From a bacterium (GTDB lineage Bacteria > Electryoneota > Electryoneia > Electryoneales > Electryoneaceae): a stretch of 64,000 bases of DNA. The translations under genes and the position numbers were made by a program. The stretch spans positions 5,248,001-5,312,000 of the forward strand of contig OY769902.1 of NCBI GenBank assembly GCA_963669175.1, read 5' to 3'. Positions within the stretch are counted from its first letter, which is position 1. Every line of letters starts with the position of its first letter. Positions 10,762 to 19,798 of the stretch are shown here, one piece after another. The notes beneath the pieces were generated by a model. It ran no database searches, had not been told where the DNA came from, and saw nothing but the letters and a program-made list of their open reading frames with translations.

Positions 10762-11350
10762 TCAAACAACATTGTAAGGAAGCAGTGCAATAGCTGCTTC
10801 AGCGTGTTTTGGGGCTAGATGAGCGTAATGTTTTTCAGTAACATGAATTGATGAGTGTCCCAATAATCTTGAAACAGTGAATAGCTCAACTCCTTGCATC
10901 ACAAGATGGGATGCAAAGGTATGACGTAATGTATGGCAAGATGCCCATGGCATCTCCAGCTTGTTGAATATACGACTAATGTGTCTGCTAACCCAGTCTA
11001 CACACCATGTTTCTTTAAAATCAGTTGAAGAAGGGAAGACAGGAATTCCTGGCTGTGGTTTCTGCTGATGGAGTAAATTGCGGAGTTCAGGTAACTGATT
11101 GAAAGCAATGGATCGATTCTGTTTATTCTTCGTCCACTTCCCACGGAAATGCACCAATCCATGTTCGAAGTCAACATCTTCACCCTTCAGGTTGATACCC
11201 TCACTCAGCTTGGCACCGGTCAGCAGATAGAATTTGGCCAACGGTAAAATCGGATCATCCTTCATGGCCTCTAAAAACTGCTGGATTTGTTCCTTCTCCA
11301 AGAACTTCGGAAGATCCTTGGCGGGGATCTTCAGCATCTTGATTCCCTTG
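10762..11350 (-). pseudogene. Tyrosine recombinase/integrase catalytic domain, N-terminus replaced by an IS3 orfB fragment
   Basis: LLTGAKLSE, HTLRHTFASHL and LLGHSSIHVTEKHYAH motifs; left breakpoint approximate. Confidence 0.75.
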
Positions 11351-11895
11351 AAATGATTCGCCAAGTGCAACTCATCCAACCGGCGCAACAGCGTCAAATC
11401 TCGCTCCTTCAACGGTTTCAGCCTGTAATACGCCGTTGATCGAGGAACAGACAGCAAGGCACACTGCTTCGTGACCGGGAGTGTCTCGGTGGGCGTGATC
11501 ATCGTTTTACGCTCGGCCTTACCCCAGGTCCGAGCACACGTGATAAAAAATCACGTTCCATCGTCAACTGACCGATCTTGGCATGCAGCTCCTTGATCTC
11601 TGCGGCGGTATCATCCTGATGCACACCACGCTTGCCAGCGAAAAGACCTTCCGCCTGCTCAAGCAACTGCTTCTTCCATTGTACGATCTGGTTGGGGTGA
11701 ACATCGAACTGCGAGGCCAGTTCCGAAATCGTCTTGTCACCCTTGACGGCAGCAAGCGCTACCGATGCCTTGAACTGTGCGGTTAACTTTCTGCGGGATC
11801 GCTTCATCTTCCGCTCCTTCCGAAGAACCTACGGTCCTTCAATGTAGGGCGAAACCATCAACTAAACTACTGTCCAGTTTTGGGACCCCTCTTCA
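11351..11895 (-). mobile_element. Truncated IS3-family element (left IR, orfA, first ~50 codons of orfB)
   Basis: IR TGAAGAGGGGTCCCAAAACTGGACA reading down from 11895; orfA; orfB start LPVTKQCALLSVPRSTAYY; no DDE core or right IR. Confidence 0.8.
11499..11807 (-). CDS. IS3-family transposase OrfA (HTH)
   Basis: RRKLTAQFKASVALAAVKGDKTISELASQFDVHPNQIVQWKKQLL...KIGQLTMERDFL. Confidence 0.9.
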   Translation of the reverse strand: MKRSRRKLTAQFKASVALAAVKGDKTISELASQFDVHPNQIVQWKKQLLEQAEGLFAGKRGVHQDDTAAEIKELHAKIGQLTMERDFLSRVLGPGVRPSVKR

Positions 11896-12061
11896 ATCCG
11901 AGGCTAGTTCCTTTTCACGAGCGTTTGGGCGACGAGCTTCAAAACCGGGGGGGTACCTCAGCGCTCTGGAACTTTGTCTCCTTGAATTCTCCTTTCCTTC
12001 GCAGTACACTCCTATACGGGTGGGCGGTACAGAGGAACTCACGAAGATTCTCGGGGGTTCT

Positions 12062-13813
12062 ATGTCTGGTCGTGCGCAGGACACTACGCAGCAGGTCAAC
12101 ATCAGCAAATGGCCTCACACCAGTGAAACTCCGCTTCTGGTCTTCCTCGACAAAGACTTCCGGATTCAGGGCTGGAGCGGTGAGCAACCGGTTTTCCAGG
12201 AATTATTGAGCAAGACGGAAAAAGGGAATACCCTCGCAAACTGGTTCGATGATTGGGAGCTTATCAGGAAACGCTTGACCGATTCTCCGGTCATTTTCAC
12301 GCCCAATCCTACGACACTGGCAACTCATATCGCGATAAGCCGGACGTTACGCTTACCTGTTTTCGTTAGCCTCGTTTCATTACCCGGCGCTCTTGCTGGC
12401 AAAGCAGTCATGTGTCTGGAAATCTCGCGCAGGGAACCCTCCGCTATCCCGATTGGTCCCCAGTACGATCAGCAGAAACAGCAGGAGTTGATACGTTTAC
12501 GCGCAATCTTCCAGAGTCGTCTGGAGGGCACCTTCACGACAGATTGTCATGGTCACATTACTTCGTTCAACCATGCCGCGGAGACAATAACCGGGTATAC
12601 CGCACGAGAGGCGATCGGGCAATGCTGCTATAATCTTCTGAAGACATCCATTTGCCAGAAAGACTGTATTCACCATAATACGGATGGCGATTCACTACAA
12701 AGCTTCCGTGGCGATACACGGACTATTCATATCACAAGGAAGAATAGCGCTGAAGTACCCGTACGTGTCAACACGGCTCCCCTGTCAGCTTCCAACGGCG
12801 AGATACTCGGGCTGGTAAGCAGTTTTCAGGACATATCCGAATTGAACAACCTGCGAAAACACATTCGTGATCAGTACAATCCGACCCATTTAATCGGAAG
12901 AAGCCCTGCAATCAGAAAGGTTTTGCAATTGATCCAGCAGGTGAGCAACACGGAGAGCAAGGTGTTGATTACCGGTGAAAGCGGGACGGGTAAAGAACTG
13001 GTCGCACGCGCTATTCACCTGTATAGCTCTCGTCATTCCGGGCCGTTTGTTCCCTTGAACTGTGCCGCGCTTGTAGAGACCCTGCTGGAAAGCGAATTGT
13101 TCGGCCATGAGAAAGGCGCATTTACCGGAGCGGTATCCACCAAGCTGGGCAGACTGGAACAGGCCAAAGGTGGAACCCTGTTCCTTGATGAAATTGGTGA
13201 CATTCCACTTGCGGCGCAGGTCAAGCTGCTTAGGGTCTTGGAAACCGGAACCTTTGAGCGAGTTGGTGGAACTGACACAAAGAAAATGGAAGCGCGATTA
13301 ATCACCGCAACGAACAAGAATCTGGATGAAGCGATTCGGAACGGCACATTTCGTGAAGATTTCTTTTACCGGATCAATATTATCAACATCCAGATCCCTC
13401 CCCTTCGCGAACGCAGGGAAGATATCGACATGCTTGCCGATCATTTCCTGAAACGAAACCCGGTGGCGTTGGCTAAAGGGGTTGTCAGCATTCATGAGGA
13501 TGCTCGCACCCTTCTTAACCAATATGCCTGGCCTGGCAATATAAGAGAATTGGAGAATGTGCTTGAGCATGCGGTAGTCATGACGGCCAATACTGAAATC
13601 ATGCCTTTTCATTTGCCTGAACGCATCATGGCGAAATCTCAATTCGAATCCACTTCATCTGTAGAAATAAATCCTGTACATGACGCTGAAATCAATTTGA
13701 TTGTCAGCACACTGCAGAAACATGAAGGCAACCGTACACGGACTGCGGCTGAGCTGGGCATGGATAAGTCAACCCTGTGGAGAAAGATGAAGCGTTTTAA
13801 CCTGAAGTTTTAG
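12062..13813 (+). CDS. PAS-domain sigma54-dependent transcriptional activator (Fis-type HTH)
   Basis: PAS FNHAAETITGY; GESGTGKE, ELFGHEKGAFTGA, LFLDEIGD, WPGNIRELEN; HTH NRTRTAAELGMDKSTLWRK. Start placed at ATG 12062 because the longer ORF runs through the IS end. Confidence 0.9.
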   Translation: MSGRAQDTTQQVNISKWPHTSETPLLVFLDKDFRIQGWSGEQPVFQELLSKTEKGNTLANWFDDWELIRKRLTDSPVIFTPNPTTLATHIAISRTLRLPVFVSLVSLPGALAGKAVMCLEISRREPSAIPIGPQYDQQKQQELIRLRAIFQSRLEGTFTTDCHGHITSFNHAAETITGYTAREAIGQCCYNLLKTSICQKDCIHHNTDGDSLQSFRGDTRTIHITRKNSAEVPVRVNTAPLSASNGEILGLVSSFQDISELNNLRKHIRDQYNPTHLIGRSPAIRKVLQLIQQVSNTESKVLITGESGTGKELVARAIHLYSSRHSGPFVPLNCAALVETLLESELFGHEKGAFTGAVSTKLGRLEQAKGGTLFLDEIGDIPLAAQVKLLRVLETGTFERVGGTDTKKMEARLITATNKNLDEAIRNGTFREDFFYRINIINIQIPPLRERREDIDMLADHFLKRNPVALAKGVVSIHEDARTLLNQYAWPGNIRELENVLEHAVVMTANTEIMPFHLPERIMAKSQFESTSSVEINPVHDAEINLIVSTLQKHEGNRTRTAAELGMDKSTLWRKMKRFNLKF

Positions 13814-13931
13814 CGAACCGGTTGCATGCAATTGCACCATTGCAATTATTCATTGCATACTAGCAATCCAACGCTCTCATTTCAAAACCCTACACACATA
13901 TATTTCATACAGTTACAACTCGCTCCAATTG

Positions 13932-13947
13932 TGGTATGACATTTGTT
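13932..13947 (+). promoter_or_regulatory. Putative sigma54 -24/-12 promoter, with TGCA-rich upstream activator sites at ~13821-13866
   Basis: TGGTAT-GACAT-TTGTT resembles TGGCAC-N5-TTGC; lies between the activator and the oxidoreductase. Confidence 0.5.
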
Positions 13948-14001
13948 AAGTCGTGAGTATAGCCAATTGTCTTGACTATTCACGATTAACAGGAGGCTGT
14001 C

Positions 14002-15957
14002 ATGCCTAACCGTTTTCCCTGCCTTTTGGCGCCTGGAAAAATTGGTTCGTTGACCATTCCGAACCGTGTCGTAAAAGCCCCTCAGTCTACGGGGTTAAGT
14101 AATATGGATGGCAGTGTGTCGGAACGACTCATTCGCCATTACCGCGAGCTGGCTCGCGGTGGAACCGGGTTGATTGTTGTTGAATATGCTTTCGTCGACA
14201 AGAAAGCGAGCAAGTCAGCACATTGCCAGTTGGGGATATGCGATAACGAGCACATCCCTGGATTGGCCTGGCTGGCCGAAACGATCAAGGATGAAGGCGT
14301 TCGTGCCGGCATCCAGATTGAACATTGCGGCCGTCAGAAATTCCTGGGCACTCCCCCGATCAAATCCGCTTCGGATGTCACCTGGCCGTCCTTGTACGAC
14401 CGTGTCGGCAAGGACGCCGTACCGGAAGTGCTGACCATTCCGGAAATTGAAGAAATCGTAGAAGCCTTCGGTGTGGCGGCGTGGCGTGCCAAGACCGCTG
14501 GATTCGAGCTGGTTGAGATCCATGGCGCACATGGCTACCTGATTACAAACTTCCTGTCCCCGCACACGAACAAACGCACCGATGTGTACGGCGGATCACT
14601 TGAAAACCGGATGCGTCTTCTGCTCCAGGTGTATGACGCCGTGAGAAGATACGTAGGCGATGATTTCCCGGTTACGGTCCGTCTTAGCGGTTCGGACTAT
14701 GAGCCGGACGGTTTCGGTATCGAAGAGACGATTGAGGTCTCGAAGGCCCTGGAAGCGAGAGGCATCAACGCGATTCACGTATCCGGCGGTGATCACCACC
14801 AGATGATTCACCAGGTCAGCCCGATGGCGGTGGATATCGGCCATAATGTCTGGGCTGCTGATCGCATCCGGAAAATGGTAAAAGTTCCGGTGATCGCGTC
14901 CGGCTCCATTACAACACCGGAATTTGCGGAATCCATCCTGGCTGAAGGCAAGGGCGATTACGTCGGCTTGGGACGTCCGCTCTGGGCGGATCAGTACTGG
15001 GTGCGTAAACTCGAAGCCGGTAAGCCCGAAGAAATCCGTCCCTGCATCCGATGCAACGAAGGCTGTCTCGAGCGCACTTTCTTCAAGTTCAGGGCGGTCA
15101 CCTGCGGTGTGAATCCCACAATCGGACGTGAAGGTGAGATCGATATCCACACTAACGGCGGCGTAAAGAAGAATATCGCCATTGTCGGTGGCGGACCTGC
15201 GGGCATGGAAGCCGCACGTGTGCTGAAGCTGAAGGGACACAAGGTAACCCTCTTTGAAAAGAGAAGCCTTGGCGGAGCGCTGAATGAAGCGTCTGTCCCG
15301 AAATTTAAGGTGGACCTGGTACACTTCCTGACATACCAGAAACAGCAGATGAAGGCCCTGGATATTAATGTCGTTGAGAAAGCAGCAACATCTGAAGAAC
15401 TCAAACGGGGCAAATTCGACACCGTAATCCTGGCGACAGGCGCGAAACCGGTCAGTCCTTCCGTACCGGGAATTGACCGCACAGAAGTGGTGAATGCGGT
15501 TGATGTACTGAATGAGGTTGTCCCGACGGGCAACAAGGTGATTATTGTCGGCGGTGGTTTGGTAGGCACTGAGACCGCGCTCTGGTTGCAGAAGCAGGGC
15601 AAAGAGGTTGTCATCGTTGAAATGCTCGACCAGATCATGTCCGATTGTGCCGTAACCGACAAGATCGCCCTGGGCGAAATGCTGGCAACAACCCCGATCA
15701 AGGTTATGACAGGCTGGCGCTTGAACAAGATTGACGACCATGCCGTCGTGGTTGAAACCTGGAATGGTTCGCACCGTCAGCAGACTATCCAGGGCGACAG
15801 CATTGTGATTGCCACCGGGTATACGCCGAATGATGATCTGACAGAGCAGTTGCAGCAGAACGGAAAAGTTGATGTTTACCGTATCGGCGACTGTGTCTGC
15901 CCCGGAAAGGTATTCGACGCGATTCATACAGCATACAAAACAGCTTTGAAAATCTGA
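14002..15957 (+). CDS. Old-yellow-enzyme family NADH:flavin oxidoreductase (2,4-dienoyl-CoA reductase-like, FMN/4Fe-4S/FAD)
   Basis: EIHGAHGYLITNFLSPHTNKRTDVYGGSLENRMR, CIRCNEGC...C cluster, GGGPAG and GGGLVG Rossmann motifs. Confidence 0.9.
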   Translation: MPNRFPCLLAPGKIGSLTIPNRVVKAPQSTGLSNMDGSVSERLIRHYRELARGGTGLIVVEYAFVDKKASKSAHCQLGICDNEHIPGLAWLAETIKDEGVRAGIQIEHCGRQKFLGTPPIKSASDVTWPSLYDRVGKDAVPEVLTIPEIEEIVEAFGVAAWRAKTAGFELVEIHGAHGYLITNFLSPHTNKRTDVYGGSLENRMRLLLQVYDAVRRYVGDDFPVTVRLSGSDYEPDGFGIEETIEVSKALEARGINAIHVSGGDHHQMIHQVSPMAVDIGHNVWAADRIRKMVKVPVIASGSITTPEFAESILAEGKGDYVGLGRPLWADQYWVRKLEAGKPEEIRPCIRCNEGCLERTFFKFRAVTCGVNPTIGREGEIDIHTNGGVKKNIAIVGGGPAGMEAARVLKLKGHKVTLFEKRSLGGALNEASVPKFKVDLVHFLTYQKQQMKALDINVVEKAATSEELKRGKFDTVILATGAKPVSPSVPGIDRTEVVNAVDVLNEVVPTGNKVIIVGGGLVGTETALWLQKQGKEVVIVEMLDQIMSDCAVTDKIALGEMLATTPIKVMTGWRLNKIDDHAVVVETWNGSHRQQTIQGDSIVIATGYTPNDDLTEQLQQNGKVDVYRIGDCVCPGKVFDAIHTAYKTALKI

Positions 15958-15990
15958 TCCCGGTGGATTGTACCACTGGTTGGATGCCTG

Positions 15991-16028
15991 AAAAGAGCGG
16001 CTATACCTGGTCAGTATAGCCGCTTTTT
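15991..16028. terminator. Bidirectional intrinsic terminator
   Basis: AAAAGAGCGGCTATAC-loop-GTATAGCCGCTTTTT between convergent genes. Confidence 0.8.
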
Positions 16029-16054
16029 AGTAAGCTTTTGTCTGTTGAGAGTCA

Positions 16055-19000
16055 TCAACGCAGCAGAATCATCTTCTGAACCTGGTTGACCGCCACATCT
16101 CCCCGCCCGGTATACTGTACTCGACAGAAATACATCCCGCTCGCAACGGGCAATCCGTTATCCGACAAGCCGTTCCAGTGCATTGATTGATATCCTGCTT
16201 CCACAGGGTTATCGTGTAAAGTCGCAACCTTGCGTCCAAGAACATCGTAGACAATCAGGCTCAACTGACCGGCTTCCGGTAGATCTACCCGGATATTGGC
16301 GGATTGGTTGAATGGGTTGGGATACGGCGCATGAAAAGCGAACGTCCGGGGAAGATTTTCAGTACCTCGGCCCTCTACACCGACAAATTCAAAGGTTGTG
16401 CCATACCCCCATTCGGTATTGTTGCACATGCCTGCATACTGCTGGCTGCAATCATGGATCGTATCAAAACAACCCTCGTTCAGATTCCAGCAGGCCGCAA
16501 GGTTGGGTTCCGATCCCGTCAGCGCGTGATCCATGTAAGCTTGCAACTCCGCGCCATCCAACGCCGTTTGCCAGAGGCGCATTTCGTCAATCTTGCCTGT
16601 AAAGCAGCGGTCCAGCTCCGCACTGTTGCCAAAAATGACTTGCTGAGATTCACTTTCAACGAGTTGTGATCCCACAGTGCCGGAAGTGAAAGCTGCCGGT
16701 TGCAGCTCGCCATTGATGAACAGGTTTACCGATTGGGAAGCGCCGTCATAGGTCAACGCCACATGTTGCCATCCGTACGTATTAATAGAATTCCTCGGTG
16801 TGCAGATCTTGTAATTTGAACCATCGGTAAAGCTCAACCTGGCGACAAGAGCCTTTGACGGGAAATACGGATGCGCCCGGTCATGCAGGAACAGGCTGAA
16901 GCCATCGGTGGATACGATTCTCCCAAATCCCGCGGAATCCACCTCGCCATACCCATCCGGAGATATCCAGGCATCGAGAGTAAACGCATCTGCAAGCTCA
17001 TCCAGATCCGGCACAATTGTTTGTGCGCAAGATCCTTCTTCGCCAAACTGTAGCGAACTTTCCCCATTAAACACAACGATATAATTCTCCCATACCGTGG
17101 AACGTGAGCTGTTATCTGTGATAGTATTGAGAGTAATCGAATACTCTCCGGGTGTTGTATAGGTGTATTCAGTAATTTCCGAATGTGAATCATAGACACC
17201 ATCACTGTTAAAATCCCAGAATCGTTGCAGAATGGGGTGATAGTGGTTGGCTGTAGATACATCTTCAAACCGAATTGTGACAGGTGGGTTACCTGTTCGC
17301 GTATTTGCCACCATCCCGGGACGGTTCAGCAGGGGAAGCTCAAAAAACATGCAAATTTCACTCAACAGGTGTTCGTTGGAATATCCTTCACCACTACCCA
17401 AACCGTCAATGGTCAGTGAGAAGCAGAAGGACTTCTGCCCGTAATCACCTTCATGTTGTACCGCTACGACGCCATAACCATCAGCAATCAACGCATTCCG
17501 TCCAAGGTTCTCCAATTGAAAACGATCTGGCCAGTTCAGGTTATGCTGGGTGGAAGATGGGAAATGCATTCCGCCGGCAATGGATCCTGGCTGCCCGATA
17601 AGAGGAATCCACTCATAATCCTGAACACCTGAATCCAGAATATTTATCCCAAGAAGCTGAAGAAGTTCACTGTTTGTTCCTTGATCATATGCAAGCGAAC
17701 TGCCGCCTTCCAGATAAACACGTCCACCTCGTCTGAGATAAGTTGTCACTGCGGAAGCCATCGCACCCGTAAATGGTGTATAGGTGGAACCGTCAACATT
17801 AAAGTTCCCAAAACTTAGAAATACAGCATCAAAGCCCTGGAGTGAGTTTGGAAATTCATCAGTATACAACACTGTCAAACCTTGCATTTCAAGGTATTCG
17901 GAAATAAACAGACCACTATAGTCCGTGCCATCCAGATCACCATCGAATACCAGGACACCATTGTTTCCGATAGCGTAGGTAATAACCGGTTCTTCGTAAA
18001 AAGAAACTTCAAAATCGGCTTCTATACCCAATAAAAGCCTGGCGAGTCTGAAGTCTTCACAATCTTCAACAGTGATACAAAACGCATCTTCCAGAACAAA
18101 TTGCCCTTCAGCCGGGATAGTACACGTGCAACTATTATCAAGAATGTCTATGGATTCGTCATCCGTAGTAAGAAGCAGTGTGGCGTTTCCAGGACTAGAG
18201 TTATGTTTTAGCGACAACATCTCAACACTGATATAGAGGCTTCCTTCCGGTTCCCCTTCAACGGCTTCACGTGTGCTTATTCCTTTCATCTGTACTATCG
18301 GTGAACATTCCAGCGTAGGATTTTCTTCTGTGAAGGTAGAATAGGCGTTAATCCGTCCAGTTCCCATTTGACCAGCATAATCTCCGTTCAGATTGGATAT
18401 ATCATCTGTTGTCGCAAGTGTTTGGTAAATCAGCTCTTCACGTGTCCAATCAGGATGATATGACTTAAGCAAGCCTAAAAGACCGGCTACCAATGGCGAA
18501 GCCATGGATGTGCCACTCTTCTCCCCATATCCTCCTCCCTTCACAGTACTCAGAATTCCACCATCTGCAACGAGCTCACCACCCGGCGCACACAGGTCTA
18601 CAAGAGTGCTATAATTTGAATACTGTGTCTTATGATCATATATATTCACAGCGCCGACTGAAATCACATAGGGATAACAAGCGGGATAGAAAGCTGTGTC
18701 ATTGGCATCGTTTCCAGCGCCGGCAACAACGATAATTCCCTGGTTGGCAGCGTATGTTATCGTCTCTTCTGCAAAAATGGAATAGTAGTTGTTACCCCAA
18801 CTTAGATTAATAATATCCACGCCCATATTGATAAGATACATTACCCCGTCGAAACCATTATATATTAATCCGTCTTGTGCTGGTGTGTGATTTGTAACCA
18901 ATATTTTCACGTTCCAGGAAATACTGGCGATCCCCTGGTCATTATTCGTAACACCGCCTGCTATTCCGGCGACATGGGATCCATGGCACCATATATATAT

Positions 19001-19750
19001 TTCATCTGCATTATTCGTATCCTCATAAAAATTCCAACCACAAAAATCATCTACAAACCCATTATTATCATCATCAATGCCGTTGATATCATCATAATCA
19101 AAATGCCATCCACCTTCATCAGCATATAAGGTTAAATAATCTCCATCTGCATCTTCGCCAAGGTTTTGATATAGATTCATGTACAGATCAACATGATTGT
19201 AATCAACACCGGTATCCGTAATACCAATTACTACAACACTGTCGCCATTCTGCCCCTGGTGGATATCCCAGGCGCCGTCCGCGTAAATCTGCGCCAGGTG
19301 ATGCTGATCTATTGCCAATGGGTCATTGGGACCTTCTTGCGGAAAGTACAGGAAATCCGGTTCCGCCCAGGTGATGGCAGGGTGTACCGCCAGCATTCCT
19401 GCAGCGGCAAGTACATCTTTTTCTTCCGGAAACTCAAGCAGGTAGATTCGTGACATGTCGGGAACGGAAGGATCTTTGGGAGACTCAACGTAGGGATACT
19501 TGCGTGTCAGACGAAAAGCATCCAATCGTTTGAAACGCTCACCCAGGGCTGGGATGGCACATGAAATATCACCTTCCTGATCCTCGATCAGGGGAACATC
19601 CGCCGCCAGACGAAAGATGAGTCGTCCGGGTTGATAATAAGGTTCATCATCCGATCCGGCCATTGCAGCAGGAATCAATACAACTGCGAATAACAATAAT
19701 CCAAGACCGGTAATGACAGAGGAAAGCCGTACACGTTCGCATCTAATCAT
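16055..19750 (-). CDS. Secreted S8 serine peptidase with PKD, LamG-like and T9SS/FlgD-Ig C-terminal domains
   Basis: Signal peptide; DTG, HGSHVAG, GTSMASP triad; WDFNSDG PKD; WQHVALTYDG LamG; YPNPFN...SGMYF C-terminal domain. Confidence 0.9.
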   Translation of the reverse strand: MIRCERVRLSSVITGLGLLLFAVVLIPAAMAGSDDEPYYQPGRLIFRLAADVPLIEDQEGDISCAIPALGERFKRLDAFRLTRKYPYVESPKDPSVPDMSRIYLLEFPEEKDVLAAAGMLAVHPAITWAEPDFLYFPQEGPNDPLAIDQHHLAQIYADGAWDIHQGQNGDSVVVIGITDTGVDYNHVDLYMNLYQNLGEDADGDYLTLYADEGGWHFDYDDINGIDDDNNGFVDDFCGWNFYEDTNNADEIYIWCHGSHVAGIAGGVTNNDQGIASISWNVKILVTNHTPAQDGLIYNGFDGVMYLINMGVDIINLSWGNNYYSIFAEETITYAANQGIIVVAGAGNDANDTAFYPACYPYVISVGAVNIYDHKTQYSNYSTLVDLCAPGGELVADGGILSTVKGGGYGEKSGTSMASPLVAGLLGLLKSYHPDWTREELIYQTLATTDDISNLNGDYAGQMGTGRINAYSTFTEENPTLECSPIVQMKGISTREAVEGEPEGSLYISVEMLSLKHNSSPGNATLLLTTDDESIDILDNSCTCTIPAEGQFVLEDAFCITVEDCEDFRLARLLLGIEADFEVSFYEEPVITYAIGNNGVLVFDGDLDGTDYSGLFISEYLEMQGLTVLYTDEFPNSLQGFDAVFLSFGNFNVDGSTYTPFTGAMASAVTTYLRRGGRVYLEGGSSLAYDQGTNSELLQLLGINILDSGVQDYEWIPLIGQPGSIAGGMHFPSSTQHNLNWPDRFQLENLGRNALIADGYGVVAVQHEGDYGQKSFCFSLTIDGLGSGEGYSNEHLLSEICMFFELPLLNRPGMVANTRTGNPPVTIRFEDVSTANHYHPILQRFWDFNSDGVYDSHSEITEYTYTTPGEYSITLNTITDNSSRSTVWENYIVVFNGESSLQFGEEGSCAQTIVPDLDELADAFTLDAWISPDGYGEVDSAGFGRIVSTDGFSLFLHDRAHPYFPSKALVARLSFTDGSNYKICTPRNSINTYGWQHVALTYDGASQSVNLFINGELQPAAFTSGTVGSQLVESESQQVIFGNSAELDRCFTGKIDEMRLWQTALDGAELQAYMDHALTGSEPNLAACWNLNEGCFDTIHDCSQQYAGMCNNTEWGYGTTFEFVGVEGRGTENLPRTFAFHAPYPNPFNQSANIRVDLPEAGQLSLIVYDVLGRKVATLHDNPVEAGYQSMHWNGLSDNGLPVASGMYFCRVQYTGRGDVAVNQVQKMILLR

Positions 19751-19798
19751 CTGAATTTCCTCCTGTTGTTCTCGTAAGATACAGGTTCTGCAACTTGA

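Noticed and set aside
9057-10790. Stop-codon recoding or three separate genes
   Set aside because: The interruptions are TAA and TAG, both used as normal stops elsewhere in the window; a single frame with split domains indicates a pseudogene.
11777-12061. N-terminal extension of the sigma54 activator in the ORF track
   Set aside because: Runs through the IS3 end and overlaps orfA; ATG 12062 is more plausible.
14596-15927. Long antisense ORFs (443 aa here; also 46747-47877, 42417-43343, 44361-45278, 1263-2378)
   Set aside because: Shadows of well-supported genes on the opposite strand, with no motifs of their own.
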